This document shows positions 44,322 to 58,260 of a DNA stretch of 64,000 nucleotides, piece by piece. Numbering within the stretch: the first letter of the stretch is position 1; every line of letters starts with the position of its first letter. The translations under genes were made by a program, and so were the position numbers. This DNA is from Eledone cirrhosa (Eukaryota): the NCBI GenBank assembly GCA_964016885.1, contig OZ024741.1, positions 85,622,001-85,686,000 of the forward strand. The letters run 5' to 3'. The notes beneath the pieces were generated by a model. It was not told the origin of the DNA. It saw nothing but the letters and a program-made list of their open reading frames with translations, and ran no database searches.

Positions 44322-44632
44322 TTTACGTCCGCTCTTCCCTGCTTGCAAGGGTGAGACAGGTCTTATTCAGCACAGCATCTCTCCACTCGTCACGGTCCTT
44401 CGTCATCTCCACCGTGAGCTTCAGCGATCTGAGGTCTGTTCTCACCACCTCCGTCCATGTTTTTTGTGGTTCACTTTCCACCACGTCCTCCCTCAACTGG
44501 CATCTCCCGGCACCTCCTCACCCATCGGTCATCCTCCACGCGTATCACATGTCCACACCACCTCAGTCTCCTCTCCCGCACACTACATTCCATCCCTCTC
44601 AGACACAGTTTCTCTCTCAACACATTCATGCT
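44292..44632 (-). mobile_element. RTE LINE 3' end with (GAT)n tail
   Basis: The reverse strand encodes a degenerate RRLRWCGHVIR..KPQKTWTEVVRTDL..DRDEWRDAV; 3' UTR resembles 33380-33448. Confidence 0.75.
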
Positions 44633-44995
44633 GGGTCGGACGCCATGCTTTGACGCACAGAGTTACGGCCCTTGCCATTCTGAGTTCAAATCCCGAGAGG
44701 TTAACTTTGCCTTTCATCCTTACGGGGTCAATAAAATAAAGTACCAGTAATGCACTGGGTAATTGATGGCCTTGTGCCAAAATTAGAAGCAATTGTTATA
44801 TATATATATAAAATAAAGTACCAGTAATCTACTGAGTAATTGCTGACCTTGTGCCAATAGTAGAAACAATTATTATATATATATATATCCCGAGGTTGAC
44901 TTTGCCTTTCATCCTTACGGGGTCGATAAAATAAAGTACCACTAATACACTGGGATAATTGCTGGCCTTGTGCCAAAACGAAGAAACCATTATTA
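44633..44995 (+). mobile_element. SINE family 1 fragments (three) separated by TA
   Basis: Central domain and 3' end are repeated. Confidence 0.8.
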
Positions 44996-45008
44996 TATAT
45001 ATATATAA

Positions 45009-45278
45009 TTTGTTATACTTTGGAAGAGTTATGTTGACAATAAAAACACACGCACCTGTTCGTTTTCACTTCAATTTATTATAAGTATCCGGTTGCTTGG
45101 TTGGCAGGTTTGATAGCCGGAAGGGTGTTTATATATTGCCAAAGCTCTTTCGTCACACATTCTGTGACCTCCTCAGAAACTTATAATGAATTGAAATGAA
45201 ATCCAACAGATGCGTGTGTTTTTATTGGCAACATGACCCTCCAAAAGTATAACAATATCTGTTTCAACACACGTTTTC

Positions 45279-45280
<2 letters not shown>
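45009..45280. mobile_element. Fold-back family L; HHR core at 45138-45176(-) cut by the inversion junction
   Basis: CTGAGGA-G-GTCACA-GAATG-TGTGAC-GAAA-GAGC-TT-TGGC; arms at ~45012-45088 and ~45179-45255. Confidence 0.7.
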
Positions 45281-45346
<66 letters not shown>

Positions 45347-45377
45347 ACGTGTGTTGAAACAGATATTGTTATACTTT

Positions 45378-45410
<33 letters not shown>

Positions 45411-45656
45411 GGTCGTTTTTTGGAAGCCTCTACAGTGCAAATGGATAAATCTCCGGACAACAAAACCAGGTAGCAGTAGGAAGAATGGGGATAAGAGGAA
45501 ATAGGAAAAAGAAATGACAACCAGAGATGTAGTTACCTTGGAATCGATTAATTAGTCCCTATATTTCAAATTTCTCATCATTCGTCAAGATTAGCAGACA
45601 CCACTAAGGGGTGTGATGGGTGTGATATGGCAAAGCCCCTGCCATATCATATATAT

Positions 45657-45912
45657 ATAATAAAAGAGTGAAGAATAACGTGGTCAGCTGTACAATATGG
45701 TTTATTTATACTATTAACAAGTGTTATCTTATATATATATATATTAATAATAATAAATTTGAAGACTAAAATACAAAGAGGGCTCGATAAGGATAAATAT
45801 ATATCAAATATATAAGAATCGTAGAGCAAATATTTATTAAAATAACAGATTAAAGTTTAAGCAAAGAATCGGTGCTTTCACCCTTAACGGGATCTTCAGA
45901 AGATCCCGTTAA
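45657..45912 (-). mobile_element. Family C insert with a terminal palindrome centred on the HHR core
   Basis: TTAACGGGATCTTC-A-GAAGATCCCGTTAA (45884-45912); body matches 52004-52152. Confidence 0.8.
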
Positions 45913-45951
45913 ATATATATATATATTTATATATATATTTATATATATATT

Positions 45952-45984
<33 letters not shown>

Positions 45985-45985
45985 T

Positions 45986-46104
<119 letters not shown>

Positions 46105-46141
46105 ATTTATATATATATATATTTATATATATATGTATATT

Positions 46142-46198
<57 letters not shown>

Positions 46199-46223
46199 AT
46201 ATTTATATATATATTTATATATA

Positions 46224-46290
<67 letters not shown>

Positions 46291-46360
46291 ATATATATGT
46301 TTATATATATATATATGTTTATATATATATATTTATATATATATTTATATATATATATAT

Positions 46361-47245
46361 AATAACTAGAGATTGATTAACATGAATAATCACAGGAGAT
46401 GATTTTTACAAGTGTGTAACCACACATAGCTAGGTAGGTAACTAAATAAAGTTGACCAGAACTTAAAAAATAGATACCTTATAATATGATTAACCTTCCC
46501 TGTATATATTCCATTAAAGAAATATATTTCACTAATTAATCAATCAGATGGTAAACCACAGAAGTGGAGATTTGGATTATCAACAAGGAAGAAATTTCCA
46601 GCAATCTGTGTTTACACTTCAAGTTCAAATCAGCGACTGGCCAGCACGTGTAGTATTTAGTAGAAATACACACATCATACTAGCTTCGTCCCAGTGGCGT
46701 GAATAGGGTTATCGACAACTAGAAACAGCAGTCGAGTCCTTTCAACAGACTTAGCTCTACAATTAAGGAGCCGTATTTATATATCTATATCCAAAATTAA
46801 GATAAATCAAATGAATTTAATCTAAATCAAAATTATGGATGTCATGTCAGAAAGACATGCGCCATATCACCCGTAAAATAAGCTCTAAGATTCTAACGAG
46901 TAGGTCCGAGCATTTTATAATAACTAGAGGTTGATGAACATATAAATAAACATGAATAATCATAGGAGATAATTTTTACAAGTGTGTAACCACACATAGC
47001 TAGGTAGGTAGCTAATAAAGTTGACCAGAACTTCAAAAATAGATACCTTATAATATGATTAATAGATACCTTATAATGTGATTATCCATGTTTATTTATG
47101 TTAATCAATCTCTAATTATTATAAAATGCTTGACCTACTCGTTAGAATCTTAGAGCTTATTTTACGGGTGATATGGCGCATGTCTTTCTGGCATGACACC
47201 CATAATTTTGATTTAGATTAAATTCATTTGATTTATCTTAATTTT

Positions 47246-47248
<3 letters not shown>
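46361..47248. mobile_element. TA-flanked partial tandem (~558-bp period) with inverted arm; no clear ribozyme
   Basis: 46361-46492 is repeated at ~46919-47062; ~46787-46950 is inverted at ~47087-47248. Confidence 0.8.
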
Positions 47249-47291
<43 letters not shown>

Positions 47292-47296
<5 letters not shown>

Positions 47297-47454
47297 AACG
47301 AGTAGGACCCCGACGGCTGAGCTCAAGCCGTCGAAACGGCTTGAGCTCAGCCGTCGGGGTCCTACTCGTTCCTATTACCCACTCTACTACCCTAAGTATT
47401 CAGTACTTTGGTGCGTTATGGTCCACCTGGTTCCTTACCACATTTCCTTCGTTA
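47292..47454 (+). mobile_element. Miniature palindrome of the PLE family B 3' end (half HHR + tail)
   Basis: TAGGAACGAGTAGGACCCCGACGGCTGAGCTCAAGCCGT-CGAA-ACGGCTTGAGCTCAGCCGTCGGGGTCCTACTCGTTCCTA, then the family B tail. Confidence 0.88.
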
Positions 47455-47458
47455 TATA

Positions 47459-47518
<60 letters not shown>

Positions 47519-47560
47519 TATATATATATATTTATATATATATATATATATATTTATATA

Positions 47561-48039
47561 CGATATTATATAAATGGAAACTATATTTATAAAACCATAT
47601 TTATTTCATTATATATATTTCAGGGATATCATATTAAAAATATGGTATGCCTTCTTCAGACAAAATACAATATAAACAGTCTTATAAATAGATATATTTG
47701 ACATACTTTACAACTTCAACTTCCATTTAAAAAGTTGATTTGGTAGTGAAAAATGTTAGGGACAGTTATAAAAAGAAAGAAAGAAAAAAGCGAAGAAAAA
47801 GAAGAAATGCATGCAACTAAATAGAGAGAGAAATAGATATAGAGAGATAGATAGAGAGAAGAAATTCATGTAAAGAAACAGAGAGAGATAGATAGAGAGA
47901 GAAAAAAACACAGAGGGAGATAGAGAGAGAGAGAGAAGAGAGAGAGAGAGAAAAAATAGAGAGAGATAGATATAGATAGAGATAGAGAGAAAGAAAATAG
48001 GTAGTTGGGCACCAGTTGAATGACGTATCAATGATATAT

Positions 48040-48082
<43 letters not shown>

Positions 48083-50305
48083 GTTCTAGTATTAAGGTAG
48101 AGAGAGATATATGTGGTTAGGAGAGAAAACAGCCGTTACATAGAGAGAAAAGAAAAAAAAAGAAAAATATCCAGACATAAACGAGGCAGATTTAAAATTT
48201 TATGTTTCATCAATGTAAAAATATCAATTCGTATGAATTAGGTATTATAATGTAAATATCAGTATTCATGAATGAGACACGTATCAATAATGTGTGAAAA
48301 ATAATGATCATATGTCTAGTTTAAAATTCCTAGGTTTATATCAGAGTTGAGTTAAAAAACTGAGATAAAAAAAACTGAGATAAAAAACTGAGATAAAAGA
48401 AAATAGAAGGTTATCCCAGATTCGATACTATAGACTTCCATGTGAATTTACGTGATCAACACTGCAAATTCCTATTTCACATGAAAACATTCTCATTGTG
48501 CTATAAAAATTCTAGTATACATATATGTGTACATACACAGAAATATATATAGAATCTACATTAATTTTAACAATACTATTCTTGTCTTTACTCTACATGA
48601 TTATCGTTCAAGCATAAATAGACAACAGATATCAATATATTAATAAAAATATCAAAAAATAAAAAAATATTAAAAATAAAACACAGTATGCCCCGCAAAT
48701 CAACCACAGAGATCAACCCTTCAAAATTAATTGACAATATATTGCCAAGTTCATTATAAGCATCAGAAACAAAAGCAAACAAAACCAAAATTATTTACCA
48801 AATCCTGTCTAGCAGAAATCATTCCAAAAGTTTAGGATACCCATTTGATCTACAGATGGTCTTATATTTATTATAGAAGTTTATCTAGTGTAAAATGTAT
48901 TCGATATATTTGGAGCATCAGCTTTTAGGGTAGTTTAATTATTCATGAAGAATGTTTAAAAAAAAGAAATCGAAAGATTTATCGGCGACTTTCATAAATA
49001 ATTATAAATCAAAGTAAATATACTACATTTTAAATTTATATTTATATTTAAAAGTTGAGTTCAATCTATGTCTGCAGCAACTGAATAAATTTGTCCGTAA
49101 ATTAAGGGAATTTTTAGATTTTAGTATAAAGAATATCTCCTCCGCGCAGAGGTCACATGTCTCAGAGGATGAATTAAAAGGAATCCCTCTTGAGACTATA
49201 TTCCAAGCCGTCGAATATCCAACGTTATCATGCTTAAGTTGCCAGAGTAAGCCTGATAGTGATGTTGAAGATTTTTTGCTTGGATCTGTGAAAGAATTCT
49301 TGTGGTTATTATAGCGAAGTTTAAATTCTGTCGAGGTGGAACCAACATAGTTAAAATAATTTAAGTCCGTTTTAACATTACAGTTGTATATTATATTTTT
49401 AACTAAGCAATTGTTATTTAACGGACATTTAGATCTATCTCTACAGTTACATTTGTTTACTTGGATATTATTTATGCTATTATCGGTATTTTGGCTAGGT
49501 TTTAAATTCCTATTATTTATTCTATTAATATTTTGTGCTAAATTTTTGGTGGATGAGTAAGTTAATTTTATAGTATGTCTATTGAAAATTGAGTGATACC
49601 TATGTGTTCTAGGGAAGCGATTATCAAGAGCATTAAAAAATAGTTTAGCGATGTGGATTTTAATGTTTAGTGAGAAAGGGGGGGGGGGGCAAACCATATT
49701 ATATTCCTAGTTCTATTTCTTTTTTGGCTTTTGGAATTATTGTAATGCTTTCTATTATAGTTGTTAAAGTTGTTGCCGTAATTAAAATTGTTGTTATTTT
49801 GGTTAGTTTGTCTATTATTATCTATGTACATAATTTTATCACTATATCCTGCTCTAGCTAACGCTTCATTGTAATACTGGGCTTTTTCGTCGAAAATCTT
49901 TTTATTAGATGAGATTCTAGAGATACGTTTTTGAACAGAGTTCACTATAGTATTTTTAACAGATCTGGGGTGGTTAGAGTTAAAACTGACATAGTTTAAG
50001 TTTTCATTCAACTTGTGAAATGGATAGTGAAGACATGTGTTGAGATTTAATGTTACATCTAGGAAATTGACTATTCTATGGTTATTCTCAATTTCTATTT
50101 TTAGATTAAAGTAATTAAAAAATTGTGTAATTTGTTTTCTTTTTCTATTTAGTTCAGAGTTATTATTTTCAATAAGTAAAAGCATGTCATCTCTATATAA
50201 ACCTCCGGTAGCACCGGGTATTTTCCTATGCAGCGAATTGATTATAAATAGGCCCACAAGGTCAGTTACCTGAGCTGAGTCGGATGATCCCATAGTAATG
50301 TCGAA
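47561..50305 (-). mobile_element. PLE family A copy 2, long arm (HHR at 47602-47667)
   Basis: Near-identical to 487-3208; truncated at the RT ITMGS motif. Confidence 0.93.
49023..50300 (-). pseudogene. PLE family A RT C-half + GIY-YIG, frameshift in a G homopolymer
   Basis: Track ORFs 49667-50293 and 49023-49697 match 1930-3200; G12 at 49678-49689 versus G7 in copy 1. Confidence 0.9.
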
Positions 50306-50336
50306 TATATCGAATATATCGAATATATCGAATATA

Positions 50337-51191
50337 TCGAATAAATTTTACACTAGATAAACTTCTATAATAAATATAAGACCATCTGTAGATCAAATGG
50401 GTATCCTAAACTTTTGGAATGATTTCTGCTAGACAGGATTTGGTAAATAATTTTGGTTTTGTTTGCTTTTGTTTCTGATGCTTATAATGAACTTGGCAAT
50501 ATATTGTCAATTAATTTTGAAGGGTTGATCTCTGTGGTTGATTTGCGGGGCATACTATGTTTTATTTTTAATATTTTTTTATTTTTTGATATTTTTATTA
50601 ATATATTGATATCTGTTGTCTATTTATGCTTGAACGATAATCATGTAGAGTAAAGACAAGAATAGTATTGTTAAAATTAATGTAGATTCTATATATATTT
50701 CTGTGCATGTACACATATATGTATACTAGAATTTTTATAGCACAATGAGAATGTTTTCATGTGAAATAGGAATTTGCAGAGTTGATCACGTAAATTCACA
50801 TGGAAGTCTATAGTATCGAATCTGGGATAACCTTCTATTTTCTTTTATCTCAGTTTTTTATCTCAGTTTTTTTTATCTCAGTTTTTTAACTCAACTCTGA
50901 TGTGGAATTTTAAACTAGGAATTTTAAACTAGGAATTTTAAACTAGGAATTTTAAACTAGACATATGATCATTATTTTTCACACATTATTGATACGTGTC
51001 TCATTCATGAATACTGATATTTACATTATAATACCTAATTCATACGAATTGATATTTTTACATTGATGAAACATAAAATTTTAAATCTGCCTCGTTTATG
51101 TCTGGATATTTTTCTTTTTTTCTTTTCTCTCTATGTAACGGCTGTTTTCTCTCCTAACCACATATATCTCTCTCTACCTTAATACTAGAAC

Positions 51192-51234
<43 letters not shown>

Positions 51235-51322
51235 ATATATCATTGATACGTCATTCAACTGGTGCCCAACTACCTATTTTCTTTCTCTCTATCTCTATCT
51301 ATATCTATCTCTCTCTATTTTT

Positions 51323-51368
<46 letters not shown>

Positions 51369-51812
51369 CCCTCTGTGTTTTTTTCTCTCTCTATCTATCT
51401 CACTCTGTTTCTTTACATGAATTTCTTCTCTCTATCTATCTCTCTATATCTATTTCTCTCTCTAGTTAGTTGCATGCATTTCTTCTTTTTCTTCGCTTTT
51501 TTCTTTCTTTCTTTTTATAACTGTCCCTAACATTTTTCACTACCAAATCAACTTTTTAAATGGAAGTTGAAGTTGTAAAGTATGTCAAATATATCTATTT
51601 ATAAGACTGTTTATATTGTATTTTGTCTGAAGAAGGCATACCATATTTTTAATATGATATCCCTGAAATATATATAATGAAATAAATATGGTTTTATAAA
51701 TATAGTTTCCATTTATTTAATATCGTAAATATACTCCAAATACTTGTTGAGCGCTTTTATATCAGTTATAAATATTTACTCGTTGTAACCCAACAATTTA
51801 AATAAAACTTTG
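50337..51812 (+). mobile_element. PLE family A inverted arm (3' region + HHR at 51619-51684 + ~87-nt tail)
   Basis: Reverse complement of 47561-48908, extended by 51726-51812. Confidence 0.92.
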
Positions 51813-51848
51813 CATATATTTATATATATATATTTATATATATATATT

Positions 51849-51883
<35 letters not shown>

Positions 51884-51886
51884 ATT

Positions 51887-52731
<845 letters not shown>

Positions 52732-52734
52732 AGA

Positions 52735-52914
52735 ATTGGGGCCCGACGACTGAGCACTTACCGTTTCAACAGCCAGTTGAACTGGCTATTGAAATGGTAA
52801 TAGCTCAGGCGTCGGGCGCCGACTGTTCCTTATATAGCCATGCTATATTACCCCTAAGTATCAAGTATTCTGTTGAGTAAACGTCTAACTAGTATAAAAC
52901 TGGTTCTATCCTGA
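52735..52914 (+). mobile_element. Diverged miniature fold-back related to the family B 3' end
   Basis: GAAATGGTAATAGCTCAGGCGTCGGG and CCCCTAAGTATCAAGTATT resemble family B; hairpin at 52741-52818. Confidence 0.6.
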
Positions 52915-53455
52915 TATATATGGGTGTGTATACACACACATATATATATATATATGTGTGTATGTGTGTGAACGTGCATGCATATATATATGTGTGTGTG
53001 TGTGTGTCTGTGTCTGTGTGCATGTGTGTGTTGTCTGGGGTGTATATGTGATACAGCGTTTCCATTTGGAATTGAAGAGATCACAGAAATCCAAAAACTC
53101 GAAACAAAGAGAAACTGGGAAAAGGAGAAAATCAGATCAATGAAGAACTCTTGGACTGTTTCCGTTCAGATCAACCGGAATGAAGAAGCTGAAATTTATA
53201 GACATCTTTCTCGAAAATCCTTATTTCTAGAACCTTCTTCGTTGCCAGGCGTTGCTAATAGCTTAAACACTTTCTTCTCCGCAAAGCCTGCCTCAAAGAA
53301 AAGTAACTTTAAATATAAATATTTCGATTAATCTAAACTTTAATGCACCGAAATCACAGTGATCTCTAACAGTAAGCCGGGAAAACGGGTTGTATCCGTT
53401 TTTCTTTTTCCATTGACTGTCATGTCACATGAGATCAGAATTTAAATGTTTTAAT

Positions 53456-53490
<35 letters not shown>

Positions 53491-53516
53491 GGGGGGGGGG
53501 GGTATATATATATATA

Positions 53517-53574
<58 letters not shown>

Positions 53575-53584
<10 letters not shown>

Positions 53585-55530
53585 TTCAAAATATTAACAA
53601 AATAGATATTCTTGTGATCAATTATATTTTATTATACATATTTCAGAGGTACTGAATTAAGTTCAACAGTACGCCCTCATCAGATAAAATAAAATGATAC
53701 ATGACATACCCTGATATGGTAGATGGTTAAGATTTAATCAAGGTAGTGATTAACTTATGACAAAACTCAATATTTATACCCTAATATTGAGAACATGAGA
53801 TAACGTAATACAAACACTAGAGAGGGTGCGAGTAATATATTTTAAGAAATTCATGGCATCAATATAACAGTTATAACATTTTTAATTTTTAAAAACTACT
53901 AGAGAAAGAGGAGGGAAAGGAAAGCATAGAGGAAGAAACAGCTGATGTGATAACATATTAAGTATGTGGCTTGAGAAGACAAATGAAAGTTGATTTAAGA
54001 GAGAGACAAAGGGGAGTAATTTATGTTCAAGTTTTTATACACACAGATTTCTATATAATATAGTTGGCGGTTAATTTTCAAAATATTTAATTTATGTTAT
54101 TTCAGGGTAAAGAATCATATTTTAGGTTTTAAAAGTTAATATGTATTTGTATTAATATTATAATATAATTATGTTAAGTTTCTAAAATTCAAATTTTATG
54201 AAAACAAATTTAAAGGATTTACGAAACACGAGAAAGAAAATATATATATATAATGTTTTATATCCCCACGAAGGTAATCTTTACCAAAACTACTTATAAT
54301 AATAAACAGTTTCTATAATATAATTTATAAGATAATTATAGTTATAATTATTAAAGAATTTATTGTTAAATAGTTTGAGTGCCTAAAGTATAAACCGGCC
54401 TTATAATTAAACTTAAAGAGGTCAGAATTTTCAACTATATATATGTATTGATCATAATATACCAAGATTATAGTTTATTATTTGTTCATAATAAGGGCGG
54501 TGGATTGGCAGTATCGGTAGAGGGTCGGACGCCATGCTTTCCAGCATAGTTACGTCCCTTTACGATCTGAGTTCAAATCCCGCTGAGGTTGACTTTGCCT
54601 TTCATCCTTACGGGGTCGATAAAATAAAGTACCAGTAATGCACTGGGTAATTGCTGGCCTTGTGCCTAAAGTAGAAACAATTATTTGTTCATAATTGAGG
54701 TGATACCTTTCAAATATAAATAATATATTATTATATTACAATAATGCAATATTGCAATATAGTAAATAATATCCTGAAGATATTGCTCAAAATATATACA
54801 GTTAAAAATATTGTTAAATAATTAATGTTTTATATCAATTATTTTCATTTAGTTGATATATACTATAAAGATATAAGTCAAAACTATATGAGTCCTAGTG
54901 ATAGGGGCTAGATACAAAATAAGTAAATATAAAAACAAAAGAAAATGAATTATTTGTGAAATTTAAAGATGCCCAAAATTAGAAATAAATGCAATATGGT
55001 TTTAATAAAGTATAGAAAAGATATCTCTAAAGTAATTTAGTGAATGTGATATAAAGAAGCGCTGAATATTTGAAAAAGCTGAAGGTAATCTAAATTTAGT
55101 TAAAATAAAATAAAACAACATAAGTTAAGTTAAATTATATTATATTATTTTATATTGTATTAAGTAAATGATTATATAAGTTCGACCTTCCAGGGAAAAC
55201 CAAACACTTATAATAATATATAATGTCATTTGAGTGTCTAAATTAATTTATAAATGTAACTACGATTATGTTATTACACTAGATAAAGATGTTTGTATAA
55301 CTATATATAGATATAATTATAGGTATTAATGAAACGGTATACATTTAATAAAAAATAATAATTATAATCATTGTTAGTAATGCTATAATTGTAGTTTTAC
55401 CTCCAGTTCAGTGGAGAGATAGACCAATGTTTGTCAGCTATTATGGTTTGTTAAATTTATACCTAGATATACATAAAAAAAGCAAGTGCAAAACTAACTT
55501 CTGAGTCCCCAAAAACATACTCAAAATGAG

Positions 55531-55601
<71 letters not shown>

Positions 55602-56792
55602 GCAAACGCATGAATGATCCACAGTTCAAATTATAATCAGTAAATTCACAAGTTAGATATCCAAACTATATATTTAAAACAGAGACAGAAAAATAAAGAT
55701 CTGAATCAAAGTTATAAATATCAAAAAAATCATAGGGTATGTATATCTATCAATTAAACAAGTTATTAAACAAGTGTCCTTCATTCAAACATTAATTCTA
55801 TTATAAATGGTATATTATGATCAATACATATATATAGTTGAAAATTCTGACTTCTTTAAGTTTAATTATAAGGCCGGTTGATACTTTAGGCACTCAAACT
55901 ATTTAACAATAAATTCTTTAATAATTATAACTATAATTATCTTATAAATTATATTATAGAAACTGTTTATTATTATAAGTAGTTTTGGTAATGATTACCT
56001 TCGTGGGGATATAAAACATTATATATATTTTTTTTCTTTATGGTGTTTCGTAAATCCTTTAAATTTGTTTTCATAAAATTTGAATTTTAGAAATTTAACA
56101 TAATTATATTATAATATTAATACAAATACCTATTAACTTTTAAAACCTAAAATATGATTCTTTACCCTGAAATAACATAAATTAAATATTTTGAAAATTA
56201 ACCGCCAACTATATTATATAGAAATCTGTGTGTATAAAAACTTGAACATAAATTACTCCCCTTTGTCTCTCTCTTAAATCAACTTTCATTTGTCTTCTCA
56301 AGCCACATACTTAATATGTTATCACATCAGCTGTTTCTTCCTCTATGCTTTCCTTTCCCTCCTCTTTCTCTAGTAGTTTTTAAAAATTAAAAATGTTATA
56401 ACTGTTATATTGATGCCATGAATTTCTTAAAATAAATTACTCGCACCCTCTCTAGTGTTTGTATTACGTTATCTCAAGGTCCTAATATTAGGGTATAAAT
56501 ATTGAGTTTTGTCATAAGTTAATCACTACCTTGATTAAATCTTAACCATCTACCATGTCAGGGTATGTCATGTATCATTTTATTTTATCTGATGAGGACG
56601 TACAGTTGAACTTAATTCAGTACCTCTGAAATATGTATAATAAAATATAATTGATCACAAGAATATCTATGTTGTTAATATTTTGAATTAATATTAATAA
56701 CTCTGGAAAACATTTTTCTTGTAGACTGCTTCCAATCTATTGTAAAACTCATTCTTTGATGTATTCATTGAATCTTGTTTAACTCTTAAATT
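53575..56792. mobile_element. Large fold-back family M (~890-bp arms); HHRs at 53626-53690(-) and 56582-56646(+); ~95-nt tail
   Basis: 53575-54464 is inverted at 55808-56697; ATTTTAT-CTGATGA-GGA.GTAC..GTAC.TCT-GAAA-T-ATGT-ATA^-ATAAAAT. Confidence 0.87.
54493..54683 (+). mobile_element. SINE family 1 inserted in family M with a 16-bp TSD
   Basis: ATTATTTGTTCATAAT at 54477-54492 and 54680-54695. Confidence 0.9.
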
Positions 56793-56944
56793 ATATATAT
56801 ATATATACAATAAAAAGGACGATCTGTTATGTCTTCATTACGTTTAATGAGTAGTGACGCGCGTTTCGCTATTGATCAGCTCAAGGTTCGATTTGTATCG
56901 ATCTAGCCTGACTCTGGAATCAAAAGCTCGGCGGACCTCTGCTG

Positions 56945-57062
56945 TTAATTGTTTCTACTTTTGGCATAAGACCAGCAATTATCCCAGTGTTTTACTGGTA
57001 CTTTATTTTATTGACCCCGTAAGGATGAAAGCAAAGTTAACCTCAGCGGGATTTGAACTCAA
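56945..57062 (-). mobile_element. SINE family 1, 5'-truncated
   Basis: Central domain and 3' end present. Confidence 0.8.
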
Positions 57063-57074
57063 AATATTAATAAT

Positions 57075-57679
57075 AACATTAGATTCGTTTGCAATTATGC
57101 AAACAAGCCTCAATTGTATAGCCATGTCAGTAGAATGAACATTTCATTCTTGCTCTTCCATTGGCATGCGAATCGAATGTTATTATTAATATTCGAAAAA
57201 CTCAGATTACATTTATTGTATTCAGCCATGTAGAGCGAAATTTTCTTTTTCATTTGAATTTGGCAAAGCCGGCCATTTATCGCTCGTGTACAGGAAACTG
57301 ACTGGCCAGTCTGCTGATATGCAAATCTGGCTGATCAGTGGATCTGCTAATATGCAGATCTGACTGATCAGCCAGTCTGCTAATAAGCAAATCAGGCCGA
57401 TCAGTCACTGTATTTTTGAAAATAGCATATATTTTCACTAGCTCTGACAGTTTGGCAGGCGAACAGTGAGCTGTACTGATGAAGGGTAATACCCAGAAAC
57501 ATTAGTGTCTGCAGTTCTGTTCGCATGCCAACACAAGAGCAAGAATGAAGTGTTGATTCTACTGAAATTGCTATAAAATTGAGGCTTGTTCGCATAATTG
57601 CAAACGAATCGAATGTTATTATTTTTATTCGAAAAACTCAGATTACATTTATTGTATTCAGCCATGTAGAGTAAAATTT

Positions 57680-57686
<7 letters not shown>
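57075..57686 (+). mobile_element. HHR element family H (rearranged); HHR at 57468-57517
   Basis: GAGCTGTA-CTGATGA-A-GGGT-AAT-ACCC-A-GAAA-CATTAGTG-TC^-TGCAGTTC; upstream ~30-bp repeats contain ATGCAAAT; partial tandem and inverted pieces at 57080-57250. Confidence 0.85.
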
Positions 57687-57721
<35 letters not shown>

Positions 57722-57725
<4 letters not shown>

Positions 57726-58260
57726 GTGGTTACACAACAGTTAGTTCACCATACCGAGAACAATTATTTCACCTTAGCCGATTCTAAGCTCGTAGTGGTC
57801 ATGGTTATACGGAACAGGAAGGACAACCGTACGAACGCGCATGCGCAGAAACGATCACTTCACACGGGCAATACTAAATTGCGTAGGAGAGGTGTAAGGA
57901 AGATAACTGCTAAAGTCCGAAAGTTTCTAGTTGATAAGAAAATTAGGATGTTGTTGTAATTCAATCTGGAGCTTTGTAGTTATGTAAGAGGTGTTTTCAG
58001 ACGTGTGGACAACGTGTGAAGAATTCATTTCTTGAGTTTAGGCAATCACTATTGCGTAATCTCTTTAGAATGTTTATTCATTCATCAATACATAGTTTAC
58101 ACGATGGATTGCCCCTTGCGTATGGCTTGGACTTTGTGATGGCTTTCCATTGAATGGAGTAGTCTATAATTGAGTCCTTGAGGGACCATACGTGGCTCGT
58201 GAGTTTCGTGGATGAATGTCTGTCCGGGTACCTAAAGGTCAACTGGTGATTCAGGAAGCG
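57722..58260 (-). mobile_element. Third Hydra-type PLE family, GIY-YIG C-terminal remnant + short 3' end
   Basis: RFLNHQLTF..STKLTSHVW..WK..PY..CKLCIDE*..CLNSRNEFFTRCPH; ends at (TA)n; degenerate HHR at 57755-57792. Confidence 0.8.

Noticed and set aside
47292-47375. MITE / DNA transposon interpretation of the hairpins (TA TSD)
   Set aside because: The arms are fragments of PLE 3' ends with asymmetric tails and variable turning points, not fixed TIRs.
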